Shown piece after piece: positions 50,895-64,000 of a DNA stretch of 64,000 bases. A model generated the notes under the pieces. That model was not told the DNA's origin and did not search any database. It saw only the letters and a list, made by a program, of their open reading frames with translations. This DNA is from Octopus vulgaris (Eukaryota): positions 33,356,001 through 33,420,000 of the forward strand of contig OX597815.1 in NCBI GenBank assembly GCA_951406725.2. The letters run 5' to 3'. The translations under genes were made by a program, and so were the position numbers. Numbering within the stretch: the first letter of the stretch is position 1; each line of letters starts with the position of its first letter.

Positions 50895-51083
50895 AGGCAT
50901 GGCTGCGTGGTACAAAGCTTGCTTCCCAGCCACATGATTCCAGGTTCAGTCCCACTGTGTAATACCTTGAGCAAGTGTCTTCTGCTATAGCCTCAGGCTG
51001 ACCAAAGGCTTGTGAGTGGATTTGGGAGACAGAAACTGAAAGAAACCCATCGAATATATGTATGTGTATATGTTTATATATAC

Positions 51084-51140
<57 letters not shown>

Positions 51141-51156
51141 TGTGTGTGTGTGTGTA

Positions 51157-51189
<33 letters not shown>

Positions 51190-51520
51190 ACATATATATA
51201 TACACACATATATACATACATACATACATACATACATACATACATACATACTTATATATACATATATATATATGTATGTATATATCTATATGTGTGTGTC
51301 TTTGTATCTGTGTTTGTTCTCCTGCCACCACTTAACAGCTGGTGCTGGTTCTGGTGTGTTTACATCCCCATAATTAGCACTTCAGCAAAAGAGACCAATA
51401 GAATAAGTAACAGGATTTTAGAAATAAGTACTTGGGTTGATACATTTGACAAAAATTCTTCAAGGTGGTGCCCCAGCATGGCCTCAGTCTAATGACTGAA
51501 ACAAGTAAAAGATAAAAGAT
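50895..51520 (+). mobile_element. SINE family A, older copy with expanded compound microsatellite
   Basis: Head and tail are recognisable; interior (TA)/(TG)/(TC)/(TACA). Confidence 0.82.
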
Positions 51521-52145
51521 GTGTGTGTGTGTATGTTCAGTTTCCTTGTATGTCTCCATTGTCATGTTTTTGTTCCCAACTTTGACCCTCCGAAAATCCT
51601 AAATTTTATTTTAGAATTTATAGGAGCATCCATTTGGCATGAACCCTTCAAGGTGGTGTCCCAGCATGGCCACAGTTCATTGGTTAAAACAAGTAAAAAA
51701 AATAATAAAAGAATAAAGGAACAGTAAAGATGTAAATCCCAGATAAGCAATGCCTGTGAGTTGGTTTGATTTGAGCATTATTATCTAATTGACAAGGATT
51801 TCTTGTTCAGACATAAGACTATTTTTGTTGAAACGGAAGGATAAAGGGCTGATTTCATTATAATAGAGGAACACATTTTATTGATCACCCACCACCCTGA
51901 CCACCACACACAATAAAAGACAAAACTGAATGCAGCAAAATTTGAAGTGAGAAATAAGTGACACCTAAATTTAATAGCATAACTTTTATGCATAAATCAT
52001 AACAATAATAGAAAGAAAAAAAATGGATATATTGTGGCTGGTTTAGTAAACGTAATAACGACTTGGTGAAGTCTGCTGTAGCAACATGAAGGGCAGCTGC
52101 TCACGAGAGAGGTTTCTACTGTTAAACATGTAATCATTGCTGCTT

Positions 52146-52212
<67 letters not shown>

Positions 52213-52510
52213 CACCACCACCATCACCACCGCCACCACCACCACCACTACCACCACCACCATCACCACTGCCACCATCACACATTATTAACAAAAACTA
52301 TAAAAGTAAACTACTCAAGTATCAAGTGAGAATGATACTTAAATTTTTCAGGGGAGAAGGAAGAATTTTAGCTGGTCAAGTGGTTAAGATTTTTGACCCA
52401 CCAGCCAAAAGGTCAACAGGTTTTATCCTATAATTGACATGGCACTGTGACTGTTGCAAAGAAACTTAACACATAATGATCCAGCATAAGAACTTGTAAA
52501 TAGGTACCAT

Positions 52511-52542
<32 letters not shown>

Positions 52543-52747
52543 TTACTTAATGTCCACTTTTCCATGCTTGCATGAGTTGGACGGAATCTGTTGAGGCAGA
52601 TTTTCTACAGTCACATGCACTTCCTGTCATGATCCCTCATCCATTCCAACTAAGGTAATATTTTCTCATGGACTGACATGTTTTCCATGCAAGACTCAGA
52701 ATGAACAACATCGTCTTATGAATCATGTGATGTCAAGACAAGGGTGA

Positions 52748-52782
<35 letters not shown>

Positions 52783-54299
52783 CACACACATGCGCGCGCA
52801 CGCGCACACACACACACACATACACACACACACATACATACATACATGCGAGCAGGAAAAGTAGTATTCTTAAGATTATAAACCCGGAAAAGTACAGGAC
52901 AAGTTATTACACCTGTAAAAGTTTAGAACAAACTATTACTTCTAGTAAAGTAAAGAATAAGAAACTTTTTACTTAAAATATTGCAGCAAAGAATGACCAT
53001 AATGTTGTTATTTAGCCTCAAATCAACCCTGATACTTCAAACCTATCATCAAAGACATTCCAGCTTTCAGCAAACCGGTTTTTTTAGGGATTATCTAGGA
53101 CATTACATACAATGGATGTGTAATTTAGGCAGGGGGATACTTTGGCTGCTATTTTTAGCGTGTCGAGCGACCAGGTAGAGGCTCTTTCATTGGTTCAATT
53201 GTGTGATGAGGTTTTTTTTATACATATATGTAATGTAATATGTATATATATCATCAGTATAAGTTAGAGAGTAAGTCAAAAGCTGAGAGTTTCGTGTATT
53301 GGCACTTATTAAACATGAATTTGTCCATTGTCACTCGGTAACTTCTGACGAAATAACTTCTAAAATACAAAATTTTGTTCAAAACGTTAAGAGTAAACTC
53401 TGTTCTATGTGACACATTCTATCTGTATCAGAAGTTTGAAAGTGTTTAGTTTAAAAAAAATTAATTAAATAATCTGTACGTCGTATTGAATAGATCCGAA
53501 ATGGATGAAAGGCAAAGTCAACCTCAACGGAATTTGAACTCAGAATGTAAAGACAGACGAAATACTACTTCTAAAATACAATTTTTTTTCAAAAACGTTA
53601 AGAGTAAACCCTGTTCTATGTGACATGTTCTACCAGCATTGGAAGTTTGAAAGTGTTTAGTTAAAAAAAAAATAAATGATATAATCTGTACGTCGGAGTT
53701 GACCTCAGTGAAATTTGAACTTAAAATTATACTGACAGATGAAATACAGTTAAGCATTTCACGCAGCATGCTAACATTTCTGCCAGCTCACCACCTTAAA
53801 AAGTGAACATAGATTTTAGAAATATATTCTTTATTCTTATAGCTGAAGTGTTACTCCCTTTCTCTCTTACTTACTGACAGGAAATTTCGTAACATTTTAT
53901 CTATTTTTGTACTAAATTTTGTTCAATGCGACTAGTGATTCTGAATTCCTCATGCATTTTTCTATCATTTAAGCCTAAAAAAGGAATACTTTTAATTTAA
54001 AATTAAAAAGTTTATGTTAATTAAAGATGAATAGGTGCCTTACTGCCCCTCTTGAGGTCACAGATATGTCGATGTAACTTTTTTTCTACTGAACCAAATC
54101 TCAAACTATTTATGCCAAATAGCTGAGGAGGTATCCTCTTTAAAACTGTTAGCAATTTAGCTGAGAACTGAATAAATGGTGAAGCTTGGAAGCTGCTGCG
54201 ATTGATGAAATGGTGAACTTAGGAATATATTCAACCACTACCATGGCTGAATAATAAAAAAGAATTATATGTATACAGTAATCCCTCAACTATCATAGG

Positions 54300-56660
54300 T
54301 GTCAATGAAGAGAGAGGGTGGTAGGAGTGAAGAAAGGAAGTAGGTGTCAGATGAAGTGATGAGAGGAGGGGAGTCAGATGAAGAGAGGAGGGTAGTTGAG
54401 CCCATGTAGCGCAAAGGAGTGAAGAGAAGATTAATTCCTGTTCCCGGCGAAAGCAGGAGTCCAGATGGCCTCTGGGCAAAGACAGTCCGAACACAGACAG
54501 TTATTGTAGTGAATGACCGGTAGAGCAGAAATGGCTTGAGACCGAGGTGTCCTTGCCAAGTCTGATGCCTTGGAGGTGCTCCACGGACCAGTCAGCCAAG
54601 CTGCGTCCCATTTAACTGATGTACAGAGAAAGGCAGAAAGAGCAGAAGATGCAGTAAATGACCTTGCTAGAAGTGCAGGTAAAGGAGTCGGTAATATGAG
54701 AGGGACGATGATGGATGCCTGTGAGGATGGGGGTGTTGGAGAGGTAGGGGCAAGTATGGCAGTGTGGGCAAGAGCAGGGGAATGAACCAGGCTGGGAGGT
54801 AAGGTTAGGGAAGAAACTGTGGACCAGGAAGTCATGCAGTTTGTGAGCTTGTTTGAAGGGGAAGGGGTAGGTTGAGGAAGATGTGCAAGGTGGAGGGGTC
54901 CGACTGGAACCACCAGAAGGCTCAGAGAATGGTGTGTTGGAGGGGTGGGAGGTGAGGAGAAACAGGAGGTGGGCAACAGCAGGGCAGGTGCAGGGAGAGA
55001 GAGCAGAGGCACAATCCATGGAACATGTCCTGACAAAGTCTGTGTAGAGAGTGGTGAGGGAATATCCATGAAGGGTGAAGTGGCAAGCCATGAGTTGAGA
55101 TTGAGTCTCAAAGTCATGGTTGTCACTGCAGAGCCTACACAGATAGACTAATTGGAAGTAGGGGATGAAGAGCTTGGTGTGGGGAGGGTGGGGGGGGATG
55201 AGAGGTTAAGGTAGGAGTGTGAGTCAGTGTGTTTGTAGTGGGTGAAGTTAATGAGAGTGGAGTGGTGTATGCTGACAGAAATGTCAAGAAATGTGATGAA
55301 AATGTTGGAAGGAATGCAGAAGAATTCGAGGGCAGGATGGAAGGATTAGACAAAAGAGAGGAAGTAGTCTAGTTGTTTGCAGGAGAGTGAGGTCACACCG
55401 ACACAGTCATCAATATAACAACCATATAGTTCGGGAGTGGGACCAGTGAATCATGAGAGTATTTGGGCCTCGGAGCCTATTCTCATTCCCATGGCCACTC
55501 CCAAGACTTGTTAGTAAAAATCACCTGCAAACGAGAAGCAGTTGAAGGCAAGAACAAGTTCAGCCAGACGAAGGAGTGTGGAGGTGTCAGGTTGGGGGTT
55601 GGGTCGAAAGTCCAGAAAGTGTTTAAGTCCTTTGTTGTGTGGGATCACTGTATGCAAATGCTTGATATCAAGAGTGAAGAGAAGTTTAGAGGGGCCAGAA
55701 AGGAAGGGGAAAGAGAGCATGGTTAGTGTCATGGATGTGGGATTGGAGGGAAGCCACGAGGGGGCAGGGGCACAGTTGAAGTATTTAGAGATCAATTCCG
55801 TGGGGCAGTTACAGGCAGAGACGATGGGACAGCCAGGGTCGTTGGGCTTGCGGATTTGGGGAAGGAAGTAAATGGTGGGGGTGCATGGAGTGTGGTGAGT
55901 GAGGCTGGAGGCAGTGGGACGGAGATGTGTGGAGGAGATGAGGTCATGGATAGTGGAATACACAGTCTGTTGGTAGTTAGGTATGGGGTTGGAGAGCAAT
56001 AGAAGAGTCTTGAAGTTGGTGGAGAGCTTCAGCCTTGTAGAGGTCTGTGTTCCACACCACCATGGTTCCATCCTTGTTGACTGGTTTTATGATGATGTCT
56101 TTGTGGCATCGGAGACATCAAAGGACTGAGAGTTCGGCTGGGGAGATGATAAAATATTGGGGATGCCTGTGAAAGTTGAACCAGTCCACAACACATTGGC
56201 AGATGCTTGCAAAATGATCAACTGCTTGGAACTGACCAGGAGCTGGCATCCAGTGGGATGGTTGGCAACCCAGGTCAGTGAAGCAGTCCTCTTCATTAGA
56301 TGCAGATGGAGTGTTGTGGCTATGGGTGAGACAGAATGGAGTGAGTGGAGTTTATGTTGTTTAGTGCGAGCAAGGAACTTGTGAAAAAGATGATTTAAAT
56401 GGAGTATGAAGTGTAGAATGGAATGTGCAACAGAAGGTGAAAGTCAGGAGAAAAAGGTGGAATAAGCAAGAGGGAGAAGGCAGTCAAGGGTGTGTATTTT
56501 GGAGAGATCAGAATGAATGGCAGCATGCATAAGGCACTAGGAAGTAGTACAGAGTATGAGCAGGATGGCAGAAGCAGAGTGGATAGTGGGGTGGAAATGG
56601 AGGCAGAAGCCTTTGGGGATGAGGTGGTGGTGAAGGCAGTGACTGAGAAAGGAAACATGA
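54300..56660 (-). mobile_element. Decayed Penelope-like element (RT + GIY-YIG endonuclease), Neptune-like Cys linker
   Basis: TPTIYFLPQIRKPNDPGCPIVS, LFTLDIKHLHTVIPH, LAFNCFSF...GVAMG, YIDDCV (~55401-55418), FLDISV, CSCPHCHTC linker and FTCTSSKVIYCIFCSFC.LYI; many stops and frameshifts. Confidence 0.9.
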
Positions 56661-56899
56661 CTACACACACACATACACACACACACACACACACACATAC
56701 ACATACAATGGGCTTTCATTTCTGTCAACAAAATCCACTTGGATTCAATCACACTGTATGGTACCTAGGGCAAATGTCTTTTACTATAGTGCCAGGTTGA
56801 CCAATGCCTTGTGAGTGTATTTGGTTGATGGAAACTGAGGGAGATCCATCATATACATACATATATATATACACACATATATATGTATGTTAATATATA

Positions 56900-57126
56900 T
56901 CTATTTCTTTATTGCCCACATGAGGCTAAACATAGAGGGGACAAACAAGGAAAGACAAAGGGATCAAGTCGATTACATCGACTCCAGTGCATAACTGGTA
57001 CTTATTTACTTAAGCCCAAAGGGATGAAAGACGAAGTCAACCTCAGTGGAGTTTGAACTCAGAATGTAAAGGCAGACAAAATACCGCTAAGCATTTCGTT
57101 CAATGTGCTAACGATTCTGCCAGCCT
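56900..57126 (-). mobile_element. SINE family B (diverged)
   Basis: Colinear with other family B copies. Confidence 0.8.
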
Positions 57127-57699
57127 TGTGTGTGTTAATATATATCATAATCATCATCTTCAATCATCATCATCATTTAACGTCTGTTTTCCATGCTGGC
57201 ATGGGTTGGACAGTTTGAAAACTGCTAAGCTGTGGAGCTGCATCTGATTTGGCATAGTTTCTATGGCTGGATTCCCTTCCTAATGCCAACCACTCCAAGA
57301 GTGTAGTGAGTGCTTTATACATGCCAGTTACGTAACACTAGTATTGGCCACAACTATGATCTCACTTGGCTTCACAGATCTTCTCAAGCATAGCATATGA
57401 TTTCACTTGGCTTAGGTACACACATATGATGATGATGATGATGGTGTTGTGTTTGTGTTATATGTGTCTTCAACCACCATTTAACATCTGGTGTTGGTTT
57501 GTTTACATACTTGTAACTTAGCAGTTCAGTGAAAGAGACCAATAGAATAAGTATTAGACTTTAAAAAGTTAAGTACTAAGATCAATTTGGTCAAGCAAAC
57601 CATTCAAAGCAGTCCCACAGCATGGCTGCAGTCCAGTGATTGAAACAAGTAAAAGATAAAGGATCAACATCAAAATAAAAATCAAATGGAAATTGTAGT

Positions 57700-58015
57700 T
57701 GTGATACCCATGCCGGTGGCACATAAAAAGCACCATCTGAACGTGACCGATGCCAGCACCGCCTTGACTGGCTTCCGTGCCAGTGGCATGTAAAAAGCAC
57801 CAACTGATCGTGGCCGTTTCGAGCCTCCCCAGGCACATAAAAAGCGCCTACTACACACATGGAGTAGTTGGCGTTAGGAAGGGCATCCAGCTGTAGAAAC
57901 TCTGCCAGATCAGACTGGAGCCTGGTGCAGCCTCCTGGCTTCCTAGACCCTGGTTGAACCATCCAACCCATGCTAGCATGGAAAATGGACATTAAACGAT
58001 GATGATGATGATGAT
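57700..58015 (+). mobile_element. SINE-like family D
   Basis: Three GGCA(C/T)(A/G)TAAAAAGC(A/G)CC units, then GGCGTTAGGAAGGGCATCCAGC, then GGACATTAAAC(GAT)n. Confidence 0.78.
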
Positions 58016-58029
58016 GGTATATTTATGAT

Positions 58030-58475
58030 ATATCTATGTATGTTTGTGTGTACTGCTATGTATATGTGTATTTCTGAGTGTGTGCATGTATGTGTGTGTA
58101 TGTGTGTGTGCACGTGTGTGTATTTCTGTTTGATTACATGTTCATGTGTATATTTGGAAATACAGATATGTTTATATTTGTGTGCATGTGTGTGTACATG
58201 TATGCGTGTGTGTGTGTGTGTGTGCGTGTGTGTGTGTGCATGAATGTGTGCGTGTGTGCATGCATGTGCACGTGTGTGTTGCACTAGCATGTGCATGTGT
58301 ATGTGTATGTGTCCATGAGTGTGTAGTGTGTGTGTGTACATCTGCATGTGTGTGTGCATGCATGTGTGCATGTGTACATGTGTGTATGTGTGAGTGAGTG
58401 TGTGTGTGTGTGTGCATGCATGTGTGTGTGCATGCATGTGTGCATGTGTGCATGTGTACATGTGTGTATGTGTGA

Positions 58476-58526
<51 letters not shown>

Positions 58527-58545
58527 TGGTTGTGCATGTGTACGC
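58030..58545. repeat. Degenerate (TG)n/(TGCA) alternating purine-pyrimidine tract
   Basis: Direct inspection. Confidence 0.93.
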
Positions 58546-59093
58546 AATGGCTAAAGCAATATGATATTTTTAGAAAAGGCACTTATCCAAATTTACCATT
58601 CTGGTTAGCTAATTTATTATTCCTCCATTTCACTGTGATCTTTATTGATGTTAATCTTTCTACAACCTTCCCTCAATCATTGACACAATGACTGTCTTAC
58701 AAGATCATTCACTTTCAGAGGTTTGGTTAATGGGTTTTGTTTGGCTGCCTTTTGTGGTTTTCATTTAGGTTTTGCTTTTTGTTTGTTTCTTTGCTTTGTT
58801 TTTGTTTTTTTGGGGTTTTTTGTGGCTTTACAATTTTGCTTTGGTTAGGTAAAAGAGAAGGAGACGAAGAAAGAGGAAGAGGTAGGAGGCATGAAGCAGG
58901 AAGTGGAAGGAGGGGGAAATGAGGAGGAGGAGGAGGAAGAAGAAGAAGACGAAGAAGAAGAAGAAGAAGAAGAAGAAGAAGAAGAGGAAGATTGGTGAGG
59001 AGAAAGAGTGTTTCCCTATTCCTCTTCCTTTCTTTCCTTTCTCTGATTTAATTCATACATTGCAACAGTCACACTAGGAATACAATAAACACC

Positions 59094-59208
<115 letters not shown>

Positions 59209-60194
59209 CTGTGGTCTGAGTCCTACTATTCATCTTTGGAAAGAGACCACTGAAGACCTTGTTATTGCTCACAAGCCAACACTCTTGACTCAGTCAGCCA
59301 TTTCCCTCACTCCTTCTCTCTCTCTCTCTCTCTCACTCTCTCTCTCTCACTCATTCACTTTTCATTCTTCTATCTTTGCTTTTCTCTTGGTTTTTTTTTT
59401 CTTTCTTTTTTTTCCTTGCTTTCTTTCATCCCCCTTTTTTTACAGCAATTCTTTAAAGTATATAACCTGAGAAAATATGCTTCCTGCCATCTTCTATCAA
59501 TAATCTTTCAACTCTCCTGCATCATTGAATATCAAACAAGTATATTACAATATGCACTGCACAGCTGAAGTACTGCAATATCTGTGTGGACAAGGGGTTG
59601 ATCTTACAGCTTATAGAGAACTGAGTTCATATCAGTGTGACTTAGATGCGGTATTGAACCTTCTACTTACTTCTGTGATCTCTGATCTATAGTGCTGATT
59701 GTGTTGTTGTTGTTGTTGTTGTTAAGCAACGATACAGGTAAGGGTGATTAGCTGATGATCTAGGGCTTAGGAGCGGAAGACCCCAGACCTTGGAAAAAAA
59801 AACTTTGGTTTTCTTGTTGTAGTTGAGGGCTCTTCGTTGATGCCCGACACCACTGGGAGGTGGCCCTCGAAGTCGCTGGAAATGGAGATCTGCAGATCCA
59901 AATTCTTGGATGGCTGGTGATTGTGTAGGAGACTAACGGCTGTGGTGGCAGCTGTAGTTGAGCAGTCCTAGTTGTAGTACAATAATGATAACTATAGTCC
60001 CTGTGATGGTTGTACTGGTATCTGTGGTGAAGCGATAATAGAATACAGAAACGTGATAATGGATGTATGTCTGATGGTAATAGCATTACTGTTACTGAAA
60101 TGTAATGGTTGCTAGTATTACCATCATTGTATTGTATACTTGGCAAGCCAGCTGACTGAATATCAAGCAACAACAACAAAGGATCAGCTTATAG

Positions 60195-60602
60195 ATGCAG
60201 ATGTGGCAGTGTGGGAAGTGGCTTGCTTTCCAACCACATGGTACCGGGTTCAGTCCCACTGTGTGGCACCTTGGGCAAGAGTCTTCTGCTGTAGCCTCAG
60301 GCTAACGAAAGCCTTGTGAGTAGATTTGGTAGACTGAAACTAAAAGAAGCCCATTGTACATATATATATATAAGATGGTGTGTCTTTGAGCCTGTGTTTG
60401 TTCCGTGTCTCTGCTTGACAACTGGTATTGGTATGTTTATGGCTCCTGTAAATTAGCAGTTCAGCAACATAGACCAATAGAATAAGTAACAAGCTTTAAA
60501 AAAAAAAAGCAAAAAGTGATGGGTTCAACTCATTCAACTAAAAATTCTTCAACATGGTGCCCCAGTACGGCTGCACTCTAATGACTGAAACAAGTAAAAG
60601 AT
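60195..60602 (+). mobile_element. SINE family A (old, CpG-decayed)
   Basis: Colinear with other copies. Confidence 0.82.
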
Positions 60603-62004
60603 GAGTGTTCAGTCATAACACTAACTAGAAACTAGTGTACCATTTAAGGCTGAGATTAATTCCCTCTTTCTCCCTATATTAACTAAATAAATAATTTTCA
60701 TTAAACATTTAGTTCCATTTCTTTATCTTTTAATTTCTAATTTGCACCAAGGTTCGTAATGCTTTCGTTCACCTATTTCTACTGAAACATGGAATCTTTA
60801 TTTCAATTAATTTTGAAAATATGAAGAATTTAATAAAATAACTCTTCTTCTTCTTCTTCTTCTTCTTCCTGCATCTCCACTACCACTGCTTCTACCATCT
60901 CCACCAGTAGCATTAGCAGTAACACCACCACCACCAACAACAACAACAACAACAACATTATTAAGCTAGTTTTTTGGAACATATATTAATATGAAATTTT
61001 GATGGATGGATTTAATTTAGATCACTTAAAAAAGGGAAAATTTGTATTATTGAACTAGGGGCAGTCCCAGGTGAGTTGATATCAAAAAGCTTAAAACATG
61101 GCCAAGAAAGCAGATGGAACTCACATAAAACAAACCCTCATTTCAAAGAAGTAAGTTTATAAAATATTATTTAAGAAAAAAATGAATTTGAAATAATAAA
61201 TATTTCAATTTATTGAGCAGTAGTAGACACAGCAGTTGGAGTTAGTGAAGCAATTCTTGGATTGATTGAATCAGAGTTTGAACTACATAGTAGAGTTTGA
61301 ACTGTGTCCTTCACCTAAGTCTTGGTCATCTTCAACAATGAAAGTCAAATGAGAAGGAAGATGTATAGACTATGGGCTAGAACATAAATTGAACTCTCCT
61401 TTAGTAAACTCTTTAATCTCAAAAATTAAGTTCACATATCATTCAAGGAAAAAGACCAAAATTTTGCTGTAACAGTAGAAGTCAGTGAAGCAATACCACT
61501 TATGGTACTTGATCAAAGAACCAAATATTTTGAAAAGAAGAAATCAAATAGTTATTATTTGAATAGTTGGATACTTTTGAATAAGTTGCAGCATCGAATC
61601 AAAAATTAAGTATGAAAGTATTATAACTCCTTTACACTGCTTTAATCATTTCATATAACTGTCCAGTCTGATCAATACAATTATCAAATCTCTTTCGGCA
61701 AACTACCTACAGAGTGGAGGTGGAGAGCCTTTTGCTTTTGTTTTTTGTTTTTCCTTTTAAGTAACGGCCACAAGATTTTAAAGTGTTAAAGTAAGACAGC
61801 ATACCCACATTGAAGATATGATAGCAACTAGAATACCAATTAATTGGGGTTTTTTATCAGCTACTTCTCCATATTAGGGCTCTTCAAGCAGAGTTAAGTA
61901 GGAGTACTTAGTAACAACTACAACTGCGTGACTACATGAGCTAATGATAGAACTAGAGATAGCAGCCAAATTTCCTTCAACACATCACATCGTTCTTTAA
62001 CTTT

Positions 62005-62165
62005 TGGAGTGGCTGTGTGGTAAGTAGCTTGTTTACCAACCACATGGTTCCGGGTTCAGTCCCACTGCTTGGCACCTTGGGCAAGTGTCTTCTACTATAG
62101 CCTCAGGCCGACCAAAGTCTTGTGAGTGGATTTGGTAGACGGAAACTGAAAGAAGCCCGGTCATA

Positions 62166-62216
<51 letters not shown>

Positions 62217-62422
62217 TTGTGTGTCTGTGTTTGTCCGTTTGTCCCCCTAACATTGCTTGACAACCGATACTGGTGTGTTTATGTCCCCATCACTTAGCGG
62301 TTCAGCAAAAGAGACCGATAGAATAAGTACTGGGCTTACAAAGAATAAGTCCCAGGTTGAGTTGCTCAATTAAAGGCGGTGCTCCAGCATGGCTGCAGTC
62401 AAATGACTGAAACAAGTAAAAA
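62005..62422 (+). mobile_element. SINE family A
   Basis: Colinear with other copies. Confidence 0.9.
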
Positions 62423-63069
62423 AAAATATTAGAAAATACTGAGAAAAAGATAAGATGGATCTGGGCTTTGGATAGAATTCCTTTCATCGTTAAATTTATT
62501 CAATCTGGACCTACTTGGAGATAAACAATGACAACTATATTATAACACAACATTGTATATGACAATCCTACATATCTACACTCTAGCACAATACTTTTAT
62601 GCTACACAACACCACACAACTAAAATGCATTATACTTCACACACACACACACACACACATTCACATGCACATACATATATCCGTTCACATGCACATGCAC
62701 ATACATTTAACCATTCACACACCCCAAAATTCCATCTCTCTTACTCTTTCTCTCTTTATTTCTCTAAAACTTCTCTCAACCACAACAATAGTGGTGACTT
62801 AATCAGACAAATGTTTAGGATAGACTGCAAATATCAGCAAGGATTACCAATCAAATATTAATAGCAGGAAATATAGAATTGATGTCGTATAATTAATAAA
62901 TGCTTGGAAATCCAAATGATATGATACATTGTCAACTAGGATGAGTTGAGAGATTTGACACACAGAGAAGGTCATAGTAAACAGAGATCTTATCTGTGCA
63001 TTAGCTTATGGTGTAGAAGTTGTTGTTTGGTCATTTTCCTGATAATGATGATGTTCTCAAGAATTATAG

Positions 63070-63630
63070 TAATGGTTTTGGTGATGATGGTGGTGGTTAT
63101 CTTGATGCTGGTGGAGAAGCCTCGGTTATGATGGTGGGGTAGTCTTGGTGATGTGAGTGGTGGTGGTGGTGGTTATTTGATGCTGGTGGAGCAGCCTTGG
63201 TTATGATGGTGGTGGTGGTGGTGGTGGTTATTTGATGCTGGTGGAGCAGCCTTGGTTATGATGGTGGTGGTGGTGGTGGTGGTGGTGGTGGTGGTGGTGG
63301 TAATGGTAATGGTGGTTATTGTGGTCTTGGTGATAGAGGTAGCGACAATGGTCATGGTTTTGAGGATGGTCTTCCTTATAAAGGGCAGGTGATTTTGATG
63401 ACAATGGTGGTGGTGGTGGTCATAGTGATGATGGTCTTCAGGATGGTGGTGGTGGTGGTGGTAGCAGTCTTGGTGATATTAATGATGGTGGTAGTCTTGG
63501 TGATGATGAAAATGGTGGTGGTGGTGGTGGTGGTGGTGGTGGTGGTGGATGAGGGGTGGGAGGAGAGTGCTCCCCTATTCCTTTTCCTTTCTTTCCTGGT
63601 GGTGGTAGTGGTGGTGGTGCAGGTGGAGGT
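63070..63630. repeat. (GGT)/(GAT)-rich low-complexity tract with three TTGATGCTGGTGGAG(C/A)AGCC units
   Basis: Units at ~63102, ~63177 and ~63231. Confidence 0.85.
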
Positions 63631-64000
63631 GGTTGAGGGAGGTCCATCTTTGTCATCACAGTGTCAGTGATGTTAACAGAGGTTGATACTGTGTTCAGGA
63701 TATTGTCATTATTTAACCCCCAGATCAGTTCTGAACCAACAGTCCTATCAAAAAGGGAGTTCTCATATTGACTATCCCAACTTTTGTTTTTAGAAATAAG
63801 GTAAATGCAATTGCAGAAGAGCCTCACGTATGTAATAAATAAAATATGCAATAAGTGGGTCAAAATCTTTGACTAACTGAGATTATTCATGCAATTAACA
63901 GACAAAAAAACTCCCTCTAAAAGTATTTAAAAATCTAAAAATATCAACTAGAGAGGCAGCTACTATACTATCAGGTGGCCTAAATATGTGAACATTTTAG

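Noticed and set aside
59822-59875. HDV-like ribozyme on the minus strand (GAGGGC-CAC-CUCCCA-GUG...GCCCUC)
   Set aside because: No upstream strand able to form P1, and no P4.

Overview
Repeat-dominated, AT-rich eukaryotic DNA. It is most likely from a coleoid cephalopod (Octopus-like), inferred from the tRNA-derived SINE families and very dense di-, tri- and tetranucleotide microsatellites. No intact host protein-coding gene is recognisable, and most ORFs in the supplied track are artefacts of microsatellites or SINEs. Mobile elements include a near full-length but disrupted CR1-clade LINE (about 7.86-12.2 kb, minus), a decayed Penelope-like element (54.3-56.7 kb), and RTE, CR1 and L1/Tx1 fragments. 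DNA elements include a mariner deletion derivative, a maT-like fragment, a complete but decayed hAT with TIRs and an 8-bp TSD, two copies of a TTAGGG-containing MITE, and short Helitron/Helentron elements. There are also many SINEs from four families. Three observations stand out. (1) At least five hammerhead-ribozyme motifs occur, including a 263-bp palindrome (2320-2582) in which each arm folds into a type I hammerhead with an intact core, one per strand. (2) A 178-bp, 97%-identical inverted repeat pair brackets a 197-nt exon-like segment (39042-39238, minus), an architecture typical of circRNA back-splicing, ADAR duplexes or invertible segments. (3) The sequence shifts from CpG-retaining to CpG-depleted near 33 kb, suggesting a promoter followed by a methylated transcription unit. 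All folds and alignments were made by eye, and element boundaries without a TIR or TSD are approximate.
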